A stretch of 64,000 nucleotides of DNA from Octopus sinensis (taxonomy: Eukaryota). Location: the NCBI RefSeq assembly GCF_006345805.1, contig NC_043005.1, positions 12,586,001-12,650,000 on the forward strand, written 5' to 3'. A model generated the notes under the pieces. It was not told the origin of the DNA. It worked only from the letters and a program-made list of their open reading frames with translations, and searched no databases. The translations under genes and the position numbers were made by a program. Below, in pieces: positions 14,221 to 26,186 of this stretch; position 1 is the stretch's first letter, and each line of letters opens with the position of its first letter.

Positions 14221-16705
14221 TAAACCCCTTAAGCTTATTCCACAAAGAATTTGCATTTTGATATATAAGTGTATAGAATACTCACTTTCTTACATTTTAA
14301 TTCTATCAGCAAATAATCTAATTCTATGTTTAGAACAACAGGAATATTCACCACGGAGGATCCATCTACTTTTAATTATTACTTTTAGTTTAAGAAAATG
14401 CTTGCAAATCTTCAGTGTTCCATTTAGTGATTCCTTTGAATCATCAAACAAATATCCAATGGATATTTGCTCATCAGACAAATATCCAGTGTTAAGCATC
14501 CAATGATACTTAATCCTATAATATGGGATTATATGCAGTCTTAATCACATTGTTACTTTGTCTGTTATAGTTTATTTATTTATAATCTCTGATTAGTAAT
14601 TCTAAGTATTTCTGTTAACTGTTTTGTACTTATATGAATTCCCCGTAGTTAATTAGATAGACTTTGATACTTCAGGTTTAAAATAATTAGGAATACCATA
14701 GCTGTCTTTAAGTTTGTATATTTGCAAATAGTTCTACCCCGCCCCCCTGCTTGTTTCCAAACAATAGTATTAAATTCCAAAAACCAGCCACTGACCTTAA
14801 CATGATTGTGAGGTATCAAATTTCTTTACTGGATGTCAATGTTATTCACTTGTAGTAAGAGAGAACACTAGCCTGGGGTCGGTAACTAGAAACAGGTTAC
14901 CTAATTCTGTATGAATGTCATACTGACCAAATTCCGTCCTTATTCTTTTTTTATTATTCTTTTTCATTAGCAAATTTCTCTCGGTTCTGGGGAAGATAAT
15001 AGCATCGTGGTGCTTCCCCATATTTCAGTCGATAAATAAGATTGGACTATGAACGCACTCAAATGCATACCTGAAACAGCTGTAAGCCTATAATATATAA
15101 ATATAACTACATAACCCATTATTTCTAGCACACAGACACACGCACACACACACACACGCACACACAGATATGCATGGATGGTATGAGGAATAGTAGAGTA
15201 GAAGGTGCTAAAAGTCTCTGGGTCACAATAGGCCATTTTTAAAATGTGATTCATCTGCATATAATGTACGTAGTCTTATGGATGGTACTTAAATCGCGAA
15301 CCTAGAATACGAAAAAGACAACATAAAATAGAATATCGTTTTTCTCAGTGAAGTGGAAAGAAAGGGATAGTGCAAACTCATTTTAAAAAAGGGCCATATT
15401 TTTTCTAGAAAATTACAAAAGATAAATGTGAAGCAGGCGTAGGATTTTCGATAAATGAGGATATTTCTGAAAATGTTATCAGTTACAAAACATTAAATTA
15501 GCGGATAATCAAAATAACCGTCAAGCTGAACAAAAATTACATAATTAACATTATCTAAGTATATGCACCAACTGGTGGCTTTGATGATGAAAAGATGGAA
15601 GTATTTTACGGGCAGCTTGAGAGTGCCGTCAAGGAAGAGAAAGTGAACCATACTTAAGTGATAAGGGATTTTACCGCAAACGTTGACATTAGGAATAATA
15701 AAAGTAAAAATGATACGGATATGGGATAAGACATGAAAGAAGAAACAGACTAATTGAATTCGCACACTACGGGAAAATGAGAATAGAAAATATCTTTATT
15801 CTAAAATAAGTGATAGAAAACGGTCATGAAAAAGTATTGGCGATAGAAAGAGAAATGTAATTGATTTCCTGCAATCCGCAGCCCAAAATAAAGTTCAAGA
15901 TGTGACGCCTATCAACAGTGGACATTGGAAGTGACCACTGACTTGCCAAGTGCAAAATAAAAATAAACACAACTAAAGAAAGGAACAAGAAACTAGGGAA
16001 GTCACAGAGAATTTACATGGAAGACCTCATACCAAAAGTCTCAGAAATCCAGTTAGCTTCCAAAAATAGACTTGATATACTCCGGGAGAAGATAGATAGT
16101 AAGCAATACCGAGTAGATAACGAATATTATTACCGAGACAATAAAAAAAAACACAGCTAAGGAAACTAAAACTAGCAGCAAAACAAAAAAAAAACATTAC
16201 CGAGAGATATCAATATTATGAAAAACTGAAGAACAATGAAACAAGATTCATTTACACAACGTATTGAATATACTGTATTATGTAAAACAATAAAGAAAAA
16301 TCTCAGAGAAAATAAAAGAAAGTCAAATTTGGAGAAGATTAAGAAAACAATTGAAAGCAACAAATGTCTTTAAAAGACTAAGCGAGAAATGACTATAGGA
16401 CGTAGCACAATCATTAGACGAAATGACAAAGAAACGAGACAACTTAGAGATGTACAAATATTAGAAAAAAATAACAGTATTCAATGAAAGCCTATATCAT
16501 TCAAACAAAGAAGATTCCCGAACGGTAAATTCAAAGCTAAGCGTCCCAGACATTTTGGAGGCAGAAGTTGAAAATATTATACAGGAAATGAAAAACAATA
16601 AAACTGCAGATTGAAATATGAGATTTAAATAGACATCACAAAAGTGGTTAAACCAAGCACAGGTAAGGGACTAGCTAAAGTTTATGCAAAATACTTGAAC
16701 ATAAC

Positions 16706-17120
16706 TCTTTTACTCTTTTACTTGTTTCAGTCATTTAACTGCGGCCATGCTGGAGCACCGCTTTTAGTCGAGCAAATCGACCCCGGGACTTATTCTTTGT
16801 AAACCCAGTACTTATTCTATTGGTCTCTTTTGCCGAACAGCAAAGTTATGGGGACGTAAACACACCAGCATCGGTTGTCAAGCAATGCTAGGGGCTCAAA
16901 CACAGACACACAAACACACACACACACACACACATACATATATATATACATATATACGACAGGCTTCTTTCAGTTTCCGTCTACCAAATCCACTCACAAG
17001 GCATTGGTCGGCCCGGGCCTATAGCAGAAGACACTTGCCCAAGATGCCATGCAGTGGGACTGAACCCGGAACCATGTGGTTGGTTAGCAAGCTACTTGCC
17101 ACACAGCCACTCCTGCGCCT
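16706..17120 (-). mobile_element. CORE-type tRNA SINE, family B (resembles octopus OR2-type; name not verified), inserted in the RTE RT region
   Basis: Head GGCGCAGGAGTGGCTGTGTGG...CCGGGTTCAGTCCC, CORE-like CATCTTGGGCAAGTGTCTT, central (TA)/(TG) tract, (AAAAGAGT)n tail. Confidence 0.92.
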
Positions 17121-17802
17121 ATGATAACAGATATGTAGAAAAATTCCGAACTGATGTTTTTTATGAAAGAGGGGATGCCAAAGATTTAAAGAACTACAGG
17201 CCAGTCTACTGTCAAGCACCTACAAGATTTTCTCAAAAATCATATAAAAAGAACTGAGAAAAAGTTGGATGAGAATACTGCATAACAATCTACAGGCTTC
17301 TGGGAAAATTATAGCACTCTAAACTACATACATGCTACATACCAACAGAGGGGAAAATGCCAGAATCACAACATACCGTTATACTTAACGTTTATAGATT
17401 TTGAAAAAAATTGATGATTCCATGGAAATTTATATACTATGAGCACTGGAGGAAAAAAGGAACCAAAGGAGACTACGTAAAGTTATTAGAAAATGTATAC
17501 ACCAACTGCAGAAGTACAACAACTATAAACAATAAGGCGATTGATATCAAAATTGGTGAAGGAGTCAGACACAGAGATGCCATATCACCCAAATTATTCA
17601 CATTTGTATTAGAAAAGGTTTTTAAACTATTGTGTTGAACTGATAAAGGAATAAATATAAACAGATGAATCTCAATCATTTCAAATTCGCTGATGATATT
17701 TTACTCATTTTCAGGATTATTAAAGAATCAACAGAAAGGCTCGGAGAAGTAAAAGAAGAAAGCAAAACATGTCAACTCAGAATTAATATTGGTTTCAAAT
17801 TT

Positions 17803-17995
17803 TGACACAAGGTCAGAAATTTAGGGAGAGCGAGGTAAGACGATTACATTGACGCTAGTTCCCAAACGGTACTTACTTTATCTACTCCGAAAGGGATGAA
17901 AACGAAATTAATCTCGACTGAATTTGAACACGGAGCATAAAGACGCGAAGCATTTCGCCGGAGGCGTGATAACGATTCTGCCAACTCGCTGCTCT
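17803..17995 (-). mobile_element. Old SINE family A copy nested in the RTE element
   Basis: Degenerate AATTTGAACACGG...AGCATTTCGCC...ACGATTCTGCCAACTCGC plus an A2-like tail. Confidence 0.75.
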
Positions 17996-19043
17996 GAACT
18001 CAGAATCAATATTAGTTAAACGAAGGTGATCTCCAACCAAGTTATCACAGCTGGAAATGTAGTAAGAGCTGATAAAATTGTTGAACATGTAAACCAATAC
18101 AGCTCTCTTCAACAAATAATATACTTACAGGATAAGCAATCTGACCAAAGAAGTTGAGCGACGAATACAGTTAAGATGAGCATGGTTTTGTAAATTGAAT
18201 TATATTATGATCAGTAACTTACCCGCGTGTGCAAAAGGAAAGCTCTTAAAGCAGCGTGCGCTGCCTACTATTATGCATGCATTAGAAACATGGACCACCA
18301 ACAGGAGCATTGAAAGTAAATTAAGATCAACACAACGTGCCGTGGAAAGGAGGATACTGAAGATTTTAAAAAATCGATGAGTGGGAAAACAATGGATTAA
18401 GTGCGGCAATATATTTAGCAAATATCAACTGGAAATAGTCGTTTGCGGTACATTTACTTAGAAGAAAGGATAATTGGTGGAATATAAAATGGACAGAGTG
18501 GACAACACGTCCATAAAAAAAGAAAGAAGGGAAGACCATGCAGCGGTTGGTACGAAGGTTTTGTTAAATTCTTCGGCACCCAACATGGATAGGGAAAACA
18601 TAAGACCGTGGTTAGTGGAGAGAATATACTGTGTCATTAGTCCAATAGTGGACTGAACATCTACAAGGATGAAGTCACAAGAAACAAATCCAAACACATA
18701 ATGATATTCAAAATAAAAAAATAAACGGAGAAGGCAAGGAGAGTAATATGTTCGCGGTTATGAATACAATAAAGACTGCAACATAGAAGTGACCAACAAG
18801 AGTCGAATAAGAGAGTTCAAGCAAAATATTACAGGAGTTTCAAATAGCTTCAAGGAGATTGAGTAATAAAGAAAACATCTTGTGATTTGTAAACTGAGAA
18901 ACTTAAACATCCTTCAGCAAACAAAATAAAAGTAAACAAAAATAAATGCATTGGTTTTCTCAGCCGCTGTGCCATTATGTCGGGTACAAAAGGTCTGGAA
19001 ACTGTCAAGTATAATATCGGCTTGGGGCGTGCATGCGTGTATG

Positions 19044-19137
<94 letters not shown>

Positions 19138-19161
19138 GATAGATAGATAGATAGATAGATG

Positions 19162-19237
<76 letters not shown>

Positions 19238-19238
19238 T

Positions 19239-19272
<34 letters not shown>

Positions 19273-19372
19273 GATAGAGATGTTGAAACCAACATAATGA
19301 TACACCAGCTGAGAAAAGTAATACATTTACTTTTGTTTATTTTTTGTTGAATGTATATATATATAGAGAGAG

Positions 19373-19449
<77 letters not shown>

Positions 19450-20004
19450 CAGGGTGGTCAAAAAGTAGCTTTACAGTTATTCAACTACCTCTTTCGCATT
19501 TTAAGCAAATATGAACCCATTATACTATGCTAACTTAGTTAATTTTGTCAATCACTTTTCCAGTTGACAGTAAGATACTACCTCAACCAAGCCTTTCGAC
19601 AGCGTTAGTTTGGAAGAGGGGGTCAGCATCGAATGGTCACTACGTTCACCTAACCTGACACCAACGGATTTCTTTTTTGAGGAGTTTGTAAAGAACAAGG
19701 TTTATGAGAAAAATCTCAAAAACAGTAAATGAATTAAAAGATTACATTTCTGACGCATTCACGGAAATTCATGGAGATCGGAATTTAGTTCCTCACTGAG
19801 TGTTAGAGTGTTCTGAACAGGTTTGAAGAATGTGGCAGTGTTGAAGGAGGTCATTTTGAACACCTGAGAGATTAAACATTGTCTGTTTAAGATGTGCAAC
19901 AAAAATATGATTCTAAGGTAGAAATTTAAATGTAATAAAATGTTTTGCAAGAAATTTAAAGTGCCTACGTGATAACACTGTAAACCTACGTTTGGTCCAC
20001 CCTG
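19450..20004 (+). mobile_element. Tc1/mariner-superfamily internal-deletion derivative
   Basis: 28-bp TIRs CAGGGTGGTCAAAAAGTAGCTTTACAGT (24/28 match), TA on both sides. Transposase C-terminal remnant WSLRSPNLTPTDFFFEEFVKNKVY...TVNELKDYISDAF...EGGHFEHLRD*, matching the WPPRSPDLTPLDF motif. Confidence 0.9.
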
Positions 20005-20020
20005 TATATATATATATATA

Positions 20021-20430
20021 TTTTTTTTTTTTTTACTTGTTTCAGTCATTTGACTGCGGCCATGTTGGAGCACCGCCTTAAATCGAGCAAATCGACCCCG
20101 GGACTTATTCTTTGTAAGCCCAGTACTTATTCTGTCGGTCTCTTTTGCCGAACCGCTAAGTGACGGGGATGTAAACACACCAGCATTGGTTGTCAAGCAA
20201 TGCTAGGGGAACAAACATAGACACACACACATACACACACACACATATATATATATATACATATATACGACAGGCTTCTTTCAGTTTCCGTCTACCAAAT
20301 CCACTCACAAGGCATTGGTCGGCCCGAAGCTATAGCAGAAGACACTTGCCCAAGATGCCACGCAGTGGGACTGAACCCGGAACCATGTGGTTGGTTAGCA
20401 AGCTACTTACCACACAGCCACTCCTGCGCC
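20021..20430 (-). mobile_element. CORE-type SINE family B, full length
   Basis: Near-identical to the 16706-17120 copy. Confidence 0.93.
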
Positions 20431-20449
20431 TATATATATAAATAAATAA

Positions 20450-20718
20450 TTCCAAGAAAGTTAGGGGTTGTGGTTCCAACCCACTAAGGGATAATATCTA
20501 TCCAATATACTGTTGGTATAATGCCCAATTATTAATACACGAGTGATTTTTGTATTGCATTGCAATTAACTTACTTAGTGTATTAAATGGGTGAAGGTAA
20601 AGAGATATTTTACCATTAATTTACAATGCAAATAAGAAAATGGAGGAGCACAATAGTTGGTTGATGTCCTAAAGTTGATGAACCAACTATTGTGCTTCTC
20701 CATTTTCTTATTTGCATT
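20450..20718. repeat. Fold-back repeat family F1 (copy 1) with a terminal 38-bp hairpin
   Basis: Homologous to 42772-43145 in the opposite orientation. Inverted arms at 20625-20662 and 20681-20718. Confidence 0.8.
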
Positions 20719-20734
20719 ATATATATATATATAT

Positions 20735-21044
20735 ATATTGTTATATTTCGGATGGTCATATTGCCAGTTTAGCCAATAAAAACACACGCACTATATATTT
20801 GGTGTTATTTTGCTTCAGTGATATTTATGTTTTACATTAATCTTAATCTTATTTCGGCCAAAGTTCTTTCGTCACACTCCTGTGACCGCATCAGTGGTCC
20901 TTTGTTTTCTTCTCACATTGGCCGAAATAAGATTAAGATTAATGTAAAACATAAATATCACTGAAGCAAAATAACACCAAATATATAGTGCGTGTGTTTT
21001 ATTGGCTAAACTGTCAATATGACCATTCCGAAATATAACAATAT
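20735..21044. repeat. 127-bp near-perfect inverted repeat with a 56-bp hammerhead-like spacer
   Basis: Arms 20735-20861 and 20918-21044. The spacer on the minus strand reads CTGATGC-GGTCAC-AGGAGT-GTGAC-GAAAG. Confidence 0.9.
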
Positions 21045-21973
21045 CTGTTTCAACACACGACTTCACATAAAAAATCTTGCACAACAAATATTTAAACGTA
21101 TATATATATATATATATATATATATTATGTATGTATGTATATATATATATGTGTGTGTCTGTGTGCATTGATAGTAATGGTAAGAGAACAAAAGAAAGAA
21201 AGAGACCTCAATATTATGTAAATAGAGGAATTTATCTGTAAATATAATATGTGACAATTATTCGGTAGCCATGAAAAACTACGAGTTTCGGATGTCGGGG
21301 CGAAAACCTACACCGGCATCTTTTCGGTTATCGGGCCATCAAAAAATACTATGAAAATTACCGTTAAACAAAGGGAACTTAGTATGTGACTGACCGTTAT
21401 ATCCGAATTATGTATATATAATCATGTATATATAATTCGGATTAATATAAACAACACTTAGCAATGTTTCACGAAAAAAGAGAATCATAAACGTTACTAG
21501 ATGAGACTAGGTTGATAGAAACCACATACATCGCTAGAAATAAGAGCTAAGCCACTCTAATGCTATAGTTAATGCGCGCATGAATGAAAATTTATACTCT
21601 AACAGGGAACATTATCGTCTGAAAAGTGCCGATCGAGAATTCTTAATTCTGACCCGACAGGATTGGCAATTTCCGTTGCCTCGTCAGTTACGACATCTCG
21701 ACTGTTCGGCTCTTTCCGGACTCGCTTCACCATTAGTATTTTTATTTTCATCATCCAAAGAATTGGAGGATTTAGCGAATCGCTAATGTGTATATGTAAA
21801 ATTAATATAAACAGCACTTTGCGATGTTTCACCAAAAAGGAGAATTATAAATGTCACTAAATGTGTCTAGGGTCTTAAGAAACACCTACATTGCTAGAAA
21901 CAAAAGCTAAACCACTCAAATGTTGTAGCTGAGGCACATAAATGAAAAATACACTAACGTCCAGAAAGTGCCG

Positions 21974-22027
<54 letters not shown>

Positions 22028-22031
<4 letters not shown>

Positions 22032-22200
22032 GAATTTACAAAAAAAAACAGAAGGCGAAGACGGGTGTTTAAACAACAAGCAGATGTATTAGTTTAACGC
22101 TCGGGAAGTGAGAAAGTCTTTACGTTTCGAGCCTACGCTCTTCGACAGAAAGATACACAGAAATAAACCGGGAGAGAAAATAGAAAAGGGTTTAGTGGCT
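22028..22200 (-). repeat. TA-associated repeat family H2 with a non-canonical hammerhead-like motif
   Basis: Minus strand TCTTT-CTGTCGAA-GAGC-GTAG-GCTC-GAAACGTA-AAGA. Further copies at 31160-31320 and 33485-33690. Confidence 0.7.
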
Positions 22201-22284
22201 AGCGGCATTTGTTAAATATACATGAGTGTATGTATGCATATACGTATGTACATATATATACGCACGCACACACGCGTCTATATG

Positions 22285-22317
<33 letters not shown>

Positions 22318-23022
22318 AAAAAAGTATGTACTCACACATTCTCACAAAGATATACCTGAACGTGTGTCTACCTGTAAACACCTACGTGTATGCGTCTTTT
22401 GTTTTCGGCCTTATTTTTAGTTCTACAATTTATTACAAACACATCTTTAATTTCGCAAGTTATTAGAATCTGTTTTTTTTTCCCCTTTTTTTTTATTATC
22501 ACTTCCCGTTTGCTTTTGTTTAAATACAACTCAATATCACAAGACGGATAATTTTTTTTTTCAAATTACTGTTCTTCCTAGTTTTCACCCTATAGCAAAT
22601 CTGAAATGATTTTTGCAATACATTTTTCAACTATTATTTATTATTGATATTTGTAATATTATTTATTATTATTTGCAATATTCTACCTGCCTACTTTATG
22701 TGGTTTTGATTTTGCAAATATTTTTTTTAATTCTACCATCAGTAAGAAAGACACTTTCGTAATTGCATTATTAAAAATACATCATATATGAATAAATTAT
22801 TGTATGATGTACATGACTCTATTTAATGAAAATGGATGCCTTTTAAACTGATGCATAATATATGTATTCCATTCATATTTTTTTAGATATATTTGAGGTT
22901 GCCTTCATAGCTAATCGGTCACTAAGTCCTTTATTAATAGTTTTAATTATTTTTTGTCATTGATTTCCCTCGAGTGAAATTTTGCTACGATAATAAGATT
23001 GATAATTTCATTTCAGATTATA

Positions 23023-23629
23023 TTTATTGCCCAGAGGGTGCTAAACATAGAGGGGACTAAACATAGAGGGGACAAACAAGGACAGACAGAGGAATTAAGT
23101 TGATTACATCGACCCCAGTGCGTAAGTGGTACTTATTTAATCGACCCCGAAAGGATGAAAGGCAAAGTCGACCTCGGCAAAATTTGAACTCAGAGCGTAA
23201 CGGCAGACGAAATACCTATTTCTTTACTACCCACAAGGGGCTACACACAGAAGGGAAAACAAGGACAGACAGACGGATTAAATCGATCATATCGAACCCA
23301 GTGCGCAACTGGTACTTATTTAATCGACCCCGAAAGGATGAAAGGCAAAGTCGACCTCGGCGGAATTTGAACTCAGAACATAACGGCAGACGAAATACCT
23401 ATTTCTTTATTACCCACAAGGGGCTAAACACAGAGGGGACAAACAAGGACAGACATAGGTATTAAGTCGATTACATCGACCCCAGTGCGTAACTGGTACT
23501 TAATTTATCGACCCCGAAAGAATGAAAGGCAAAGTCGACCTCGGCGGAATTTGAACTCACAACGTAACGGCAGCCGAAATACCGCTAAGCATTTCGCCCG
23601 ACGTGCAAACGATTCTGCCAGCTCGCCGC
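23023..23629 (-). mobile_element. SINE family A trimer inside a single 14-bp TSD
   Basis: Junctions at 23216/23217 and 23399/23400 (183-bp unit). TSD CATTTCAGATTATA at 23009-23022 and 23630-23643. Confidence 0.93.
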
Positions 23630-23700
23630 CATTTCAGATTATAATATTTGTTTGATTATTTCTTTTAATTCGATGTAAGTCATTGAATTTCCTGGATTTC

Positions 23701-24075
23701 TTTTATTCTTTTCTTTTATTCTTTTATTTATTTGAGTCATTTGACTGTGGCCATGCTGGAGCACCGCCTTTAGTTGAACAAATCAACCACAGAACTTTGT
23801 AAGCATAGCAATTATTCTATGTCTCTTTCGGCGAACCGCTAACTTATGGAGACATAAACACACCAACATCGGTTGTCAAGCAATAGTAGGGGGACAACTA
23901 CAGACATACAAACACTCACACGTATACGACGGGATTCTTTCAGTTTCCGTCTACCAAATCCACTCACAAGTCATTGGTCGGCCCGTTGCTATAGTAGAAG
24001 ACACTTACCCAAGGTGCTACGCAGTGGGGTTGAACCCGGAAACATGTGGTTGGCAAGCAAGCTACTTACCACACA
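23701..24075 (-). mobile_element. CORE-type SINE family B
   Basis: Matches the family B consensus, with a shortened central microsatellite. Confidence 0.88.
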
Positions 24076-24190
24076 CTATTTGTTTTTTATTTATATAACT
24101 CTGACATTTCTTCATAACACATTTGCAGATGTGAACTATGCGCCTACACATTTAAATACAATCATACATATACACATGCACACATATACA

Positions 24191-24279
<89 letters not shown>

Positions 24280-24827
24280 ATATATATATATATACACAAA
24301 CACACACACACACCACACCGCAAATCGAGAGCAGAGAATGAAAGATTCAGATAAACTCTTATAAGTTATATCATAATGCCAACGGCAATTCTCATTTTGC
24401 TCTGCTTTTATCAAGTTTCTTTTTGTATTCACTCACCTGAACAACAAAAGTTTCCATTCCATTCCTGAAACAGGCGATTCCATTCCTTCTTAACACTTCT
24501 CCAACATTCGGTTTTGCTGATATATTCTCTTCTCCATAACCCTTTTCTCACGCGGATTTTTTCATTTCAGTCACTCCATAACACATGCTTAACTATTACA
24601 TGACGTTTTCTGCATTCTCTTCTGCGACCAAAGACATATGGCTAAAAAGCGAAGCCGATGTTTCTTCATCTACATGAAGATGGACGTTACCTAAAATTTT
24701 GAAATTATTTCAATCTTGATAAAGAAATCTTTTGTCGATGCATCCCCCCCCCATTAGACAGCCTTATTTGCGTTTTTTTCTATTTTCACGATGATAAATG
24801 CATATATATATATATATATATATATAA

Positions 24828-25062
24828 TTAGGGTTAAGCAACAAGTTGCTTACGTACCGAAGATTTAGAAATAGCACCCAAAGGTCGCTTATTTCTTTTT
24901 ACTACAGGTATTACTCCACATATAACATTACTTGTAACTCACATAGGCAAAAGAAGAAAAAATCGAAATCAAACAGTCTTCGGTCAGTTGTGGACGCGTT
25001 TCCGGGTTAGAATTATAAGACCTCCTTCCCGTCCTCAGCACCACTTGTTGCTTAACCCTAAT
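24828..25062 (-). mobile_element. Short HHR-bearing element (Penelope pseudo-LTR/retrozyme-like) with 20-bp inverted ends, inside (TA)n
   Basis: ATTAGGGTTAAGCAACAAGT ... ACTTGTTGCTTAACCCTAAT. Related copies at 25258-25615 and 25835-26186. Confidence 0.75.
24987..25044 (-). ncRNA. Type I minimal hammerhead ribozyme (predicted)
   Basis: GUGGUG-CUGAGGA-CGGG[21 nt]CCCG-GAAAC-GC-GUC^CACAAC: full catalytic core, 4-bp stem II, palindromic stem III (ACGCGU), stem I GUG/CAC plus two more pairs. Folded by eye. Confidence 0.75.
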
Positions 25063-25088
25063 AATACATATATATATATATATAATAT

Positions 25089-25136
<48 letters not shown>

Positions 25137-25257
25137 TTTTGTAAAAGTTCCTATCAATAATGGTTCTCTTTCCATACCGAAACTACTTGGTAATAAGTAT
25201 TCATTTTGAAATTAATAATTATTTACCCTTATATTATATATATATATATACATATAT

Positions 25258-26186
25258 ATAAGGGTTTAGCAACAAGTTGCTTCACCACATACCGAAAATT
25301 TAGAAATAGCAGCCAAAAGACACATAATTCTTTTCACTACAAATATGACTCCACAGACAACAATATTTGTAACTCACATAAGCAAAAAGGGGGAAAAATA
25401 ACGAAACCAAACAGTCTTCGATTAATAATGGACGCGTTTCTGGATTAGAGTTATACAAATTCATTTCCTTTACAAACATAATATTTCGAGAATTACAAAT
25501 TTGTAAATGTTAAAACAACCTACCCCTTGCATCTTCGAACAAGCACTATCGAAACATAACACAAGGTAATCAACTTATCCAAATTTATATCGACGAGTGA
25601 ATTCATATTTTCCCTCCAAGATTACCATGTGCGTCACAAGATAGTACCGCAGAAATAAACTGCAGTTTGCCATCAGGGAGTGAAATAATCATTACAGATA
25701 TAGGGTAAAGAATTATTAATTTAATAATGAATAAATTTTACCAAGTAACTTCGGTATGGAAAAAAACATTTCGGTAAAAACTTGTACCAACGGTTTTTCT
25801 ATATATATATATATATAATTATAAACATAATTAATGGTTTAGCAACAAGTTGCTTCACCACATACCGAAAATTTAGAAATAGAAGCCAAGAGACTGCTAA
25901 TTCCTTTCACTACAAATATGACTCCACAGACAACAATATTTGTAACTCATATAGGTAAAAAGAAGAAAAAATAACGAAATCAAACAGTCTTCGATTAATT
26001 ATGGACGCGTTTCTAGATTAAAATTATACAAATTCATTTCTTTCATCAACATATTTCGAGAATTATAAATTTGAAATTGCTAAAAAAAACCTACCTTTTG
26101 CATCTTCGACCAAGAGCCATCGAAACATAACACAAGGTAATCAACATATCCAAATTTATATGGACAAGTGAATTCATATTTTCCCT
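25258..26186 (-). repeat. Two further tandem copies of the 24828 family with degenerate HHR cores
   Basis: 25258-25615 and 25835-26186 share about 350 bp. Both keep GAAACGCGTC; the last copy has the core TTGATGA. Confidence 0.8.

Larger units (their letters stand above)
15320..18660 (+). mobile_element. Decayed RTE-clade LINE (APE endonuclease + reverse transcriptase), interrupted by two SINEs
   Basis: Motifs read across frameshifts: AGVGFSIN, VYAPT, EVFYGQLE, RDFTANV, GSDH (APE); LAKVYAKYL, GDAKDLKNYRPV, LTFIDFEK, GEGVRHRDAISPKLFT, LNHFKFADDILL (RT); IMHALETWT...KLRSTQRAVERRIL (RTE-type C-terminal region). Many stops and frameshifts. Confidence 0.9.

Noticed and set aside
23023-23629. Regularly spaced repeats suggesting a CRISPR-like array
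   Set aside because: The units are whole 183-bp SINE bodies with no unique spacers, and the context is eukaryotic.
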